NCBI GenBank assembly: GCA_030704615.1
Contig: CM060734.1
Coordinates: forward strand, 56,916,001 to 56,980,000
Reading direction: 5' to 3'
DNA length: 64,000 nt
From: Takakia lepidozioides
Lineage: Eukaryota; Plantae; Bryophyta
Below, piece after piece: positions 50,573-63,275 of this stretch (position 1 is the stretch's first letter; every line of letters begins with the position of its first letter). The notes beneath the pieces are model-generated. The model ran no database searches. It saw only the letters and a program-made list of their open reading frames with translations, and was not told the DNA's origin. Both the position numbers and the translations under genes were made by a program.

Positions 50573-51997
50573 GCCAGCTGCAAGGGAAAAAACCCCAACT
50601 TTCCTCCTTCCCTACCCTGCTTAGAAAGAGCAACCTAAGCTGCTGACAGTAAGAGCCTCTTTCCGAGGAAAAACCAAGACTCTTACGTCATTCAACCACT
50701 AGGGGTACAATCCAGTTCACAATAACAGAGTCAGTAAATATCCTCCTTGACAGACTCCTTCACGTTCTACATAAAGCATATTGCCAAAGCTGCAGTCGCA
50801 CCATTGTGAAGGATCTTTAAAGAACTCCAGTCAGCGCTGTTCCATGCTCCAGTGCTGACCTACATGCCAGATATTCAAAAGGGCCCCTTCTTCGACCAGA
50901 TTACTAGGTGCTGGTCAAGCCAAAAGACAATTCACGGTGCATAGAATACCCGCACACAGAAACAGCGAAGTGTTATGACCTAATCTTGTTGGGATCCCTG
51001 AAGGCTTCGTAGGAGGCGTAGCTACCACTTGGAAGGGACTCTGCACTTGGGCCTTGACAAGTAGGATCCCGCTTTCAACTCCATAACCCAGTCCTTAATC
51101 TGGTCAGCAAGCAAGCAGTTAGCAAGCAAGCATCACGCATCAGTGAAAACCATAATCTGCTGCTCCCTTTGAGTACATCTCTCAACCCCCCTCTCTACAG
51201 TCCCCCAACATTACCAATCACATTCTGCTCGTCCGCTGCCTCCCAGCACCACAAAGATGTGGAAGGCTTGTTTCTGCACCCTCGGTTCTTGATCCAAACA
51301 AAAACAACTGATGAGCAAAGTGTTTCCATAAAAACAACGGAACAACAGATGGGAGAGATGGTGCATCCCTGCGCCCCGCCATCCAGCGCGCTCTGCTTCT
51401 CGTTCGACCTTCACTACTCACACCATACACGAGTGCGCAACGCCGAGACCCGTCGACAGCTCGTCCGGAGACTCCGCACAGGGACAAACAGCAACACAGA
51501 TGCAGGCAGATAGTTCAGTGGTCACTGCAAGACCCCATCACCAAGGACTTGGGGCCAACTTGACCAATTTCTACACTCATGCCAACCTGGTTCTTGACAA
51601 GCTACCGCTCCCGCCCAAGTAAAACCATCAGCGCTACAGGTCACGGTGAATCCAGCAATATGCCTGCAAGCCAGAATGGGCTACAAGCCAATGGCCCTTC
51701 TTGAGCTGCAACAAACACGGACACACAAAGTTGGGCACGACTGACCTACTGGGGGCTCAGCCTGCCCCAGCGCTCAGGCAGCAGGCTACTAGGGCCCCCG
51801 CGCGCACCCGCCACCACAAAACAGGATAACTACACCCTGATCACCACCAACGCCATGTGTAAACAACAAGCGCAAAACCCATGGCAACAGCAGGACTAGA
51901 TGGGCTCCTGCCCCAAGGTATATATTATAATAGTGTTAAAAAAAAGCATTGTATCTAGCTTAGCACTAGAAAACTAGATAGGGTGATCTCTCTCGAG

Positions 51998-52351
51998 TGA
52001 TAAGAAAGCTTGAAATGACACACACTCTCAACACAAGAAATGTGAAATCCCTCAACATCACTCGTTAAAAAAAAGTAGTCGAGCCAGGGGCACCCCAAGC
52101 TATGGGACTCCACCCCACAACAACCACACAATCATGAGTACACTCAGATCTAAACGCATGCAGGAGCTCGGTCGCGCAGGCTCAACTCGAGAGAGATGAG
52201 CTGCGCGACTGCCGCTCTCGTGAAGATAAGACGGACCAGGTGTCAAACTAAACTTGACACCTGATTTAACACTTGACCTAAATCCAAGTGTTAAATACAA
52301 ATAACTAGTTTTATGCTAGCTGTTTTCACACTGTGCTTATTTAACTTGACA
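51998..52351. repeat. Element C right terminal half-repeat b2
   Basis: TGATAAG...TTGACA, matches 40521-40877. Confidence 0.93.
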
Positions 52352-53119
52352 AAGCTATATGCTGCCCAACAAACTTCATTTCTTCATGAAGCTCACAAAA
52401 ACGAATCTGAAAATACACACCTTTACAAACTTGGTGTACCTGCAGTTCTACTGCACATTCCCAGGCTCTAGGACGCCTTGTTGCTGCCCTTCCAGCCCCC
52501 CGCTCTTGCCACTCCAAGAGCCCTTGTGCTAGAGTTTCAGATTGAAACTTCCAACTCAAGCACATGCTTCACAGGTGCACTGATTTGCACACAAGATGGA
52601 CCAGCCCTCTCTCTTCACTCATACCTCTTCATGAGCTTGGAGCTAAAGTTCCAAACGGGCTGCGATGCACCCCCTCGCAGCTCCACCATTCAGCTGCTCC
52701 TCATCTACCCGCAACAAATAGTTTCGGGCAGAAATACCTAGAGCTGATCATGTCATCTCCAACCTGCAACATGCTAGATGTCAATGCGCAGTCCACATTT
52801 CTGCAGCTCCTTAACTCGGCCTGCAACTGAAGAAGACGACCACCAGTTCGCCCACTCGTGGCCAACATCTCCTCCGCTTCACACTGGAAGCCCAAACTTG
52901 GTTGCCATAGAGCATGCACGCCGCTCTTCAACATAGGCTACCCGCCTCTCTATCCATGACAAACCTGCAACTTGTTCGCCTTTGCACTCTATCCGCTTTG
53001 GATAGGCTCATGCACGGCTCCCTGCACTCTAGACTGAACCGCTTCTCATGATCTGAAAACACAAGTGCTACCACTAACTCAAACCTGGCACTCACAGACT
53101 CAAGCTCATCTTTCTCAAG

Positions 53120-54032
53120 TGATAAGGAAAGGAATGATACAAGCATACAAGCTCTCTCAAACTCACATACTTGCACATGAAAACATCACTCATATATTAA
53201 GTCAAGCCAAGTGCACCCCACGCCATGGGGAATCCACACTACGGCGCCATAGCTAGACGCGGTGAGGCTCAACTCGAGAAAAAGATGAGCCACCGCGATC
53301 TACTGTGAAGATAACAACGCCAGGTGCCCAAACATGTATTGGCCCCTAGATTGACACTTGGGTCAATCCCAAATATCAATATATAAAAGCTAGTTATTTC
53401 CTAGCTAACTTCACACTAGTGGTAAAATAACTTGACAGCTGTCGTGCGCATACATATCGCTACACAACTACATCGCTATCCAAAACCACACAACATATGT
53501 GCACACCAAACACTAGTCTATCACTAGTCCACCACTAGTGCACCACTAGGCTGCCACTAGACAACCACTAGTCACCACTAGTGCAGCCACTAGTCCATCA
53601 CTAGGCTGCCACTAGCCGCCACTAGTGCAGCCATTAGTCCAACCACTAATCTGCCACTAGTGCAGCCACTAGTCCATCACTAGGCTGCCACTAGCCACCA
53701 CTAGTGCAGCCACTAGTCCATCACAATAATAAGGAAAAGAATGATACAAGCATACAAGCTCTCTCAAACTCACATACTTGCACATGAAAACATCACTCAT
53801 ATATTAAGTCGAGCCAAGTGCACCCCACGCCATGGGGAATCCATACTACGGCGCCATAGCTAGACGCGATGAGGCTCAACTCGAGAAAAATGAGCCCACC
53901 GCGATCTACCGTGAAGATAACAACGTCAGGTGCCCAAACATGTGTTGGCCTCTGAATTGACACTTGGGTCAATCCCAAATATCAATATATAATTCCTAGC
54001 TAACTTCACACTAGTGGTAAAATAACTTGACA
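53120..54032. repeat. Element B right terminal block: b1 53120-53437, GC, a2 53440-53725, b2 53727-54032
   Basis: b1 and b2 are direct repeats; a2 repeats 11633-11861. Confidence 0.92.
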
Positions 54033-56764
54033 ATTACCCACTCAATATCAAGATTTCAAGGATGTCTTCGAGAAGAAAAATGCAGATATATTGCCAGAAC
54101 ATCGACCTTATGACTGTGCAATTGAGTTACAAGAAGGAGCCCAACCACCATTCGGCCCAATCTATAACTTATCCCAGACGGAGTTGGCTCCATTACGTGA
54201 ATACATTGATGAAACGAAGATTTTCACCAAAATTGACATGGGAGGAATTTATAATCTTGTACGGATAAAGAATGAGACGAATGGAAAACAACTTTTCGAA
54301 CAAGGTATGGACATTTTGAATACAGTGTTATGTCTTTCGGTCTTACAAATGCTCCATCAATTTTCCAACGTATGATGCATGACATCTTTCAAGAATTTTT
54401 AGATGACTTTGTAGTCATCTATTTGGACGACATTTTGATATTTTCACAGAATGAAGAAGAACATGGCCGCCATGTACGCCTTGTCCTTGATAAATTAAGA
54501 GAAAGATGACTATATGCCAAGTTAGAAAAATAATGTATTTTTCATAAATCTGAGGTCAAATTTTTGGGCTACATTATTTCCGACAAAGGCGTCTTTATGG
54601 ATCAGAAGAAAATACAAACCATCATCGAGTGGATTAAACCAACTTCGGTCCGAGATATACAATGTTTTCTGGGATTTGCAAATTTTTATAGAATCTTCAT
54701 CAAGGACTACTCCAAAATTGTTGCACCATTGACATGACTCACAAGGAAGGACAAATTTATATGGGACGAGAAGGTTGACTAGGCATTTGAAAGGCTGAAG
54801 CAGGCATTTATCCAATACTGGTACATGCAGACCCATCTAAACCATTCTTCTTGGAAGCAGATGCATCGGACTTTGCACTTGGCGCTATACTCTCTCAATA
54901 CGATACGGATGGCCGACTTCACCCTGTTGGTTTTCGTTTTCGCAAATTTTTCGCTGCAGAGATCAATTATGAAATCCATGACAAAGAACTTATAGCGATC
55001 ATCGATGTTTTTGAGGAGTGGCGTCATCTATTGGAGGGAGTTAAACATCAGGTCACTGTCTACACCGATCACAAAAACCTCGAATATTTTATGAGTGCTC
55101 GTGTTTTGAATCGACGTCAAGCAAGATGGGGTATGTCACTAGCAAGGTTTGATTTTGTTATTACCTATCGCCCAAGACATCTTCAAGGGAAACCCGATGT
55201 TCTTTCTCGACGATCGTATCTTGCGCCGAAAAAAATGGAGACAGCTTTCGACCAACAGAAATCCATCAACTTAAAACCAGCAAATCTCTAATTGAATATG
55301 TTATCCATGTCCACCTATGACGATGCAAAGATCATAAAGGAGATTCGGGAAGCACTGAAGAGCAACCAATTTGCTACGACACTACGAAGTTAACTAAATC
55401 GACCTCGAGACAACCCACATGTTATAAACGACTTCGAATTCAAAGACGACTTACTTTATTTCAAGAGACTTCTCTATGTACCTCCAGGACCTACACGACT
55501 TCGAATTCTTCAAACATGTCATGATCTTCAGGCTGCAGGACATTTCGGCTTCAACAAAACAATGGAATTGATATTAAAGGACTGTTGGTGGCCGCAGATG
55601 TGGAAACTCGTGAAAGAATTTATAAAATCTTACGACACGTGTGCTAGAGCAAATGGAGCACGACATCGACCTTACGGCCTTCTTCAACCATTACCCATTC
55701 CCAAGGGACCATGGTCGTCCATGTCTATGGACTTTATTACGGACATTCCAATTTCCAAGATCACCAATTCAATCCTTGTTATTGTAGATCGTTTTACGAA
55801 GATGACACATTTCATGCCATGTAATAAGACGGTTATCGATGAGGAAACTGCAAGACTATTCCTCAATAATATCTACCGCATTCATGGACTTCCGAAGGAC
55901 ATCGTATTTTATCGAGGACCGCAGTTCATATCAAATTTCTGGAGGGGATTATTTCACATATTGGATACTAAGATCAACCTCTCTACAGCTAATCATCCAC
56001 AGACCGATGGTCAAACCGAACGTGTAAACCAGATTTTAGAGCAGTATCTTCGTTGTACGATAAATTATCACCAAAATAATTGGACGGACCTTCTGTCATT
56101 GGCTGAGTTTACCTACAACAACACTATATATTCTTCGACCAAGCAAACTCTATTTTTCTCCAATTATGGTCATCATCCTCGAGTAAACCCTTTCCAAATG
56201 AAGACAGTTGGAAGTCCTGCTGCAGAAAACCTTGCTACTCATCTTGCTACGATTCACAAGGAGCTTACATTCTACCTCGCAGAAGCTCAAAAACAATATA
56301 AGGAGTATGCAGATCAACATCGCCAACTCCAACCCCAGTTCAAGGTCGGAGATGTGTGTGGCTTCTTCAACCATCAATGAAGTTGGATTATCAACGCCTG
56401 AAACTATTCAAAATTATTCGACAAATAAATCCGGTTAGTTTTCGGCTTAAACTCCCACAAAAGTATGCGCATCCATCCAGTCTTTCATGTTTCATTATTG
56501 GAGTTGTATCATCCATCGAATATTCCATGGAGAGTCTCCGTACCACCTCCACCAATCGAAGTCAATAAGGAAATTGAGTATGAAGTCGACGAAATCCTAG
56601 ATTCTCGCATCAAGTATAAACGTCTTGAGTATTTCGTACATTAGAAAGACTACGACATTAGCAAATGAACGGGGGAATCTTCATCCAACCTCGTCAATGC
56701 ATCTGACAAAATCCAAGAGTTTCATCAACGATATCCAGCTAAACCCCGAGCTACACGTCAATAA
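54033..56764 (+). pseudogene. Element A pol: RT (partly deleted), RNase H, integrase, chromodomain
   Basis: [71 protein letters not shown]. Many stops. Confidence 0.92.
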
Positions 56765-57367
56765 GACGTCACAACGATGATGTCAGTCAAGTTAGCTTCA
56801 AGGTGAAGATTCCACATTCAATGTACCTCATACACGCTAAGGAGGGAGAAGCACCACACATCAATATATACAGCCACACTTCCAACACTCTTGCATCTTG
56901 TATTGGCAACATGGAGTCCCAGGAACCAGATACATTGGAGTTGTCGCTTATCCAACTACCAGATCAGCCGTTCCGACTCTCACGACTTTCAACATCACGC
57001 CGACGCTCTCGAGACGATGGGCCACCAATGCGACGCGTACTTCCTCATCTGGACCCCGTACGACGGCAAGTGGAACCTACTCGAAGTCTGATAATTCTGT
57101 TGGAGGTTGAGGCTTCGGACCCAGAGGGCAACGAAATCATGTTTTAGGGCAGTTTCGAAAATTATAATGCTCAAATCACTACGTGGTCCCAAGTTCAAGG
57201 TGTTGGGCACTATCGATGGTTGCAGGGACCTATAAATCATTTGAGTCAAGAACAAAGAGCCGAATATTTGGCAAGTACCATTCGTCGGATTTTGGATTTT
57301 CTCCAGCTCTAAGCAAGTCCAAGATTTTACCGCTCCTCGATGAACTCGGCGCTAGAGGAGGGGGTGA

Positions 57368-57982
57368 TGTCAGGGACATAGCCCAGAGGATCTTACCAGG
57401 AGTAAATATCAAAAGTTATCAAGTTACCATGTTACCGAAAGTTATCATGATCTACCATGATGTACCATAAGTTACTATTAGTTACCAAGTTATCGGGAGT
57501 TTACAAAATTGTCAAGAGTAACTTGGGAAATTGCTCAGGAAGCTTCCTTTGGAAGAAACTTCTTCATCAAGATACCTCCTCTGTTTAAGGAAACTTCTCC
57601 ATCAAGATACCTCATTTGTTTAAGGAAACTTCTCCATCAGATACCTCATTTGTTTAAGGAAACTTCTCCATCAAGAAACCTCCTTTGGGGAAGCCTCTTA
57701 GGGAACCTCCTAGTAGACAGTATATATAGGAGACGAATGACACTCTTCACTCTCGCCAACACAAGTTCAAGTTACTATTGTTCCCAGTCCCAGTACTTTA
57801 GTCCAGCTTCCAGTACTCTAGTCCAGTTCCAGTATCTTGTACTCTTGTCCATTGTTATAAAGATCATCTTGATTCATGTTTACCCGCCATGCATTCGGCC
57901 ACGCCAACCTTAACTTCTTGTCTAGTCTTGTACCTCTAGTCTGATCTCTTGTTTATGTTCAGTCATGTTCTCGTCCTTGACA
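57368..57982 (+). repeat. Element A 3' LTR
   Basis: TGTCAGGGAC...GTCCTTGACA inverted termini, preceded by the PPT. Confidence 0.92.
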
Positions 57983-59760
57983 CACACCATCATCGATCCT
58001 CAATGGGAGGCCTACACACGGATGTTGCGGGACTCGAGGAAAGCCAAGTCATGGGGCAAAAGTCGAAAGGTTCAGAACACCATTCACAACGATGATTTAT
58101 GGAAGAAATGTGAGAACTTTGTTTATATGGTAGAGCCGGTGCTAATTGTTTTGCGGGAGTTTGATGGAAAACAACAAATAATGGGCTAGAAAACGTTACT
58201 AATGCAAAATCTAGATAAACATGTCCAATGCGTGAGGCATCTTCATTTCTCCTTGGAACCCGAGCTTGCAGATAGTGCTGATGATGTATTTTACGAACGT
58301 CGGTCAATGGTTTGAACAGACTTGCATTATGTAGGGGCTTTGCTCAATCCATTCTTGCTCGACAATACCATGCTCCGAGACGACGCTGATGCTAAGGCCG
58401 GCCTCGTACAAGTGCTCATGCGACTGGCTCCTTTGAACATGACAAAGAGAGCTATATCCGAGTACCAATGCATTTCAGATCGCCGTGACCCTTCGAGAAC
58501 ATGTCGGATCTGAAAGAGCTCAACATGTTGTCACATGAATGATGAGATTTGATTGAAGCTGGAGCAAGAACATTGCCTCCCATTGTGAAGCGTATTCTTG
58601 CCCAAGTGTACTCTGCCTCATCTTGCGAGCGCAATTGGAGCAGTTACTCATTTGTTCACAACAAGATTCGCAACAAGTTAAATCACGCGAGGGCTGACAA
58701 ATTGATATATGTGTATATCATGCCGACTGTTACGTGAGAGGGCAGCGGATGATGCTGCAACATGGTACGAGAAGAACTTGCATTCCGAAGACTCTGCTTC
58801 TGAGGCAGATTCGATGAGTAACAATATTGCGTCTCGGATGGACTCGTCTGCCTCCGATATTGGAGATGGGTCTGATGATGCTCCCGACAATGAGTATGAC
58901 CCGTATACGTTCATAGATGACGATGTCTACATCCACCCGACCTTTGATGACCTTCTTGACAAAATACGTATCGCAAATGAGAGTCAAACTGCAATTGTGT
59001 CATCCCCAAAACATGGTCTTCAAAATGAAGTCGGGGTCGACTCTTGCCCCCCAGTACACGCTAAAGCCACCGGCAGTGGCCGAATGGAGCTCAGTGGTGA
59101 TGAACTACCACGACCGAGCGACGTTCGCAACCCTGTTCATACAAACGATGGTGCAGAACCCATTCTACAGTCGACGGGACGGGAACATGTCTCACCGTTA
59201 CGACCAGCTCCACCACAATCCGAAAATTGATCCAGCTCCCCATCAACACAGCAGACATTAAAGAGCAACAGGGTTGATCTGTTTTCAACATGTACGCAAC
59301 ATTCTGCTGCATTGGACCGGACGGAAGTTGAAGCCTTGGATGATGACAACCTGTCAGTACAATTCCACTTTAACCGACGTGTTGCGCAGCAGACCCGTGG
59401 TTCCTCACATGCCGGACCATCTAATGCCGGTCCATCTCGGGTACACCCCTCTCCGAGACTTCTTTCGAGACCACCTTCGAATGCGTCCCAACTCCATAAA
59501 CGATAGAGAACAATCCAGCCTTTTATAGGCGATCGGCCTACAAATAGGCCATATACAGTGGATGGTATTCAAAACCGGAGTGGGAATCGACCTAAAAAAG
59601 AACTAAATGTGGTTCGAAATCACTTGCAGGTTCAAAGGCCTGGATATGTGAGGTCGGATAGGGATGACGATTCCAGCACTGATCATGACAATGGTGGTGA
59701 AGTCCAGGGGGACTCGGATTTTCAGCCCATTGGAGCACCAAGATTAAAATATTCTTCGTC
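57983..59760 (+). pseudogene. hAT transposase 3' part (DUF659-type, dimerisation domain, acidic tail)
   Basis: LWKKCENFVYMVEPVLIVLREFDG, LHYVGALLNP, KRILAQVYSASSCERNWSSYSFVHNKIRNKLNHARADKLIYVY. Confidence 0.85.
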
Positions 59761-60069
59761 CTGTCGTCGAAACACATTTTTGTGGACATGTTTACATTTC
59801 TATAGTAAAGCAATACTTATGTGTTCCTTGTCACTATGAGTATTTGTATTGATGTTCTGTATGTTTTGGGAAATAAAAGATGTTGCCCATGTGTATACCA
59901 CCCAAAATGTCGGTGAATGCATCGTCACTTGCTCACGTTTGTGTTTGGTGCTTTGCTTTTGTAATGAGAAACAATTGTGCCAATGTGTACAACTCTGCAG
60001 AAAATTGTCGATTGTGGGGTTGTAGGTGTCATGGTGGTCGCATCAAATTGTTTTTTATGGTTGAAAATG

Positions 60070-60760
60070 GAGTGACCGCCAATCTGATGGTCGCTTCCAA
60101 ATATTTTATTATATTAAAAAAATCAGAGGTCCCTTGTAATTATATTATTATTTAAATGAAGTGACCGCCATTAACTTTTGCTTCCATTTAATTTTTTTTT
60201 AATTGAAGGGGTCGTTTTTTATTTTTATTTTTTGTAAACGCAGCGACCGCCATTATTCGTGGTCGCTTTTATTTGTTATGTTTCTAAATGGACCGATTGT
60301 TGGCGGTCGTTTTTATTTTATTGTTTTTTAAAATGCAGAAACCGCCATTATTGGCAGTCGTTTTTTTTTTCTAAATAGAGCGACCGCCATTACTGGCGGT
60401 CGCTTTTATTTTTTATTTTTAAAAATAGAGCGGTAATGGTGGTCGCTTATATTTTATTTATTTAAAAGTAGAATGACCGCCAGTAATGGCGGATGCTTTT
60501 ATTTTTTATTTTTTAAATAGAGCAACCGCCATTACTAGTGGTCGCTTGTATATTTTTAATTTCTTAAAATGCAGCACCCGACAGTAATGGCGTCATTTAA
60601 AAATTAAAAATAAAAAAAAAATAAAAAAAATAAAAAAACGACCTCCATTACTAGTGATCGCTTTTATTATTTATTTATTTTTAAAATAGAACGACCATCA
60701 TTACTGGCGGTTTTTTAAAATATATATATAAATGCAATGACTGCCATTACTGGCGGTCGC
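60070..60760. repeat. Right subterminal palindrome array (GCGACCGCCATTACTGGCGGTCGC) of the hAT element
   Basis: Many copies separated by AT-rich spacers; same motif as 7410-8231. Confidence 0.8.
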
Positions 60761-61559
60761 TTTTATTGCAGCCATATTGTACGTGGAGGTGATATTGTTG
60801 CATCCAGTGAATTGGCAAACTGTTAGTAGAAGGAACGCAATGATGCAATACCATTTCGTCAACATCCCCGACATGTTTGGAACACCCCCGGCTACGATAT
60901 TAGGCGTGCGCGAGGCACTAGTACTACAAGCTACAACGACGCAATGGTGTGAGCGTTGCGAGCGTACGCTCACGCCAGCTGACGTGGCGTGAGCCTGCAC
61001 ACACGCTGACGTGGCGTGAGCGTCATGTCAGCATGCTGATGTGGCGGTAAATGATGACATGGCACTGTCCGTCATCTGCCACGTCACCATTAACATGCGC
61101 CGCCTATAATCGTGGATGGTCCTATGACCGTGGAATTAATGCAGGGAATCTTGCCTAAATAGAATCAAGACGAGCATTGAGGCCTACAATTGCAGCATCC
61201 AACATTGTGCAATTACAAATGCTTGTTTCACTTTTACAATTACGATGACGACAAAATATCCTCACAAAGTGTGCGCCATAAAGGCTGCCACGGGAAGACC
61301 TTCCTTCCTCCTCAAATAACAATGAGAGTTAGGATCATCTTCAAAAGATGATTGTAGTGCATAGCGACAGCAAGACATGTAGACTTCGAACGGTGCAATG
61401 ACAAATGTGCACTACCTAAAAGTTGTCACTCAGAGCTCACTCCGTATAGTTGGAGGCCATATCATTGCACAGCCGACGAATTGATGTGAATTACACATTT
61501 CAAATCATGGTCATCCACATACCACATTACATAGTTCATGCTATCCATGTGTTGTATCC

Positions 61560-63275
61560 CGCTGCAAAAGAGTATCGACCTCGTTGAAACTCATAGTGGC
61601 CTGGTGAATGAAGTTGTCACGTTTGGGATCGCAAACCATCCTCCTCAAAAATATGAAATACAAATATTTGCAGGGTATGAATTTACCTCTCTTGCCCAAA
61701 CTGGTTGATAGCATATTCACAAAATCAGGACATGTGCAATTGGGGAAATTGGAAACCGTGATGTCGTAGGTCCTGTCATGAATAGCAGATGTGGAAGTGA
61801 TGATTGTGAATACCCGACCATATCCTGGATCGGGTACTTCCGTGGTACTTCCGTGGTGCTTCCAACACGAGCTTGGAGCATTCTTGCGGACTCCACTTTG
61901 CCAAAGTGTTCAGCGGTTGGAGGGAAACGCCGAACGAGCTTTCCATCTCGTTTGGTTGGCCACAAGTCAAGATTTGCCGGGGGGACCCGGGGGGACGCAG
62001 AAGTAGTAGCACATGCATGGAGTTGGGGTTGTCTCGCAAGGGAAAAACCTGCCTCCTCCAGCATTTCAATCTCCTGAAAGCTGAGATGTGTTCCCACCTT
62101 CACGGGCCAAACGGTTGGAGGAGTTGGCTTCATCACTACGGAAGGACGCACAGTTCCATGCACACATCTGGCACAATCATCTGCGTAGAACCAGAACTTG
62201 TGGTTCTTGGCTTCTGGTTGACCGTATGGACGCATCAAGCCTGTGAAAGTCGGAGCAGGAGTTCGGGCACCACCTCTGGATATAGATGAAGTGCACTTCT
62301 CGAAATTAGTTGCCCTGATCGCTGTACATTTCACACGAGACCCTACACTTGTGCGTTCTATGTACCAAACGTGGTCGGGGCATGTGGACTCAAGCACATC
62401 AAGGGGGTTGTTTCTCTCCTGCACCATTTCAGTGGCATTGTTTGATGCTGGAGCTTGCCGTCGTGTTGGAGGTTCCTCCACAATGGAGGTTCCGGACATG
62501 GAGCTGTCATGCAGGGAACACGAGGCTTCGAGAAGTTATCACGGTCTGCCCTGTGGGAATCTGAATCCGAACCAGGTGGAGTGTTCAATTTCCTCTTACA
62601 GGAGCCGAATCTCTCCTCCCCTTCAGAATGTGGAACTCTAGAAACAAGTGGCGTTCCCTGGGCATACATGCTCACCGCCCGTGCTATCTTGATTGGATCC
62701 CCAGATCTGTTTGCAGCACGCAACATCAACTCCCATTTGTCCGGACCCTTGCACCAACCCCACCTCGTAAGAAATCACGGTATCGGGTTTGTTGTTGCAA
62801 GGCACGTATCAAATCATCTGTTGTTGCCACATACAAATCCCGACCTCGTTTCCCAGACTGCTGCAACCATGCGTTGTGCACAGTTTCTGCCAAATTGCAA
62901 GATGGCATGTCCGCCATTTCCTCAATGGACATGTTCTGCAAAGAGGATAACCACACTTCAGAACAGTGCACAGGAAACAACATAAAGAAAGCAATGAGTC
63001 AAAAATATGGAAAGCAAATGTATGAATAAAGCATGAAATAGAAGCCTCGTACCATTGTCATGGCTGCTCCCCACTGTCTATACCGAAAATGCCAAAACGC
63101 CAGCCAATCTTCCAATGCTCGCATACTCTCAAGTGATGCAGCTCCAGAAGAGAACCACCATGCACGAATTGTCTGGAACAAAGTGTCCGCCTCCTTCATT
63201 GTTCTAGCATCTTTGTACTCTTTGCACAATTTACGGTGCTGAGTCTGCATCTCTGTTGATGTCATAGCCATCTCA
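61560..63275 (-). pseudogene. SWIM zinc-finger protein, probably a Mutator-like transposase, degraded and intron-containing
   Basis: C-terminal CTCPDFVNM..FIPCKYLYFIF (SWIM CxC..CxH, with H>Y) at about 61655-61740; WLAFWHFRYRQWG; CNLAETVHNAWLQQSG. Downstream GCTGACGTGGC/GCCACGTCA motifs at 60970-61090 are typical of MULE termini. Confidence 0.6.

Larger units (their letters stand above)
40435..52351 (-). mobile_element. Element C: second member of the DNMT/PHD gypsy family, terminal structure a-b-GC-a-body-b
   Basis: Termini TGTCGT...TTGACA, TSD AAGC (40431-40434 and 52352-52355). Proteins closely similar to element B. Confidence 0.93.
11633..54032 (-). mobile_element. Element B: Ty3/Gypsy retrotransposon with C5-DNA methyltransferase, PHD finger and split terminal repeats (a-body-b-GC-a-b)
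   Basis: Termini TGTCGT...TTGACA with 4-bp TSD ATTA (11629-11632 and 54033-54036). Minus-strand gag-PR-DNMT-RT-RH-IN-PHD. Confidence 0.92.
9444..57982 (+). mobile_element. Element A: Ty3/Gypsy chromovirus, Tcn1/Tf1-sushi-like, degraded, interrupted by element B at 11633-54032
   Basis: Paired LTRs and gag-PR | RT-RH-IN-chromodomain order. The pol frame rejoins across TSD ATTA ([35 protein letters not shown]). PPT AGAGGAGGGGG at about 57355-57364. Confidence 0.9.

Noticed and set aside
11633-54032. B and C as DIRS/PAT/Ngaro tyrosine-recombinase elements because of the split direct repeats
   Set aside because: No YR ORF seen. They encode an aspartic protease and a DDE integrase and make 4-bp TSDs.
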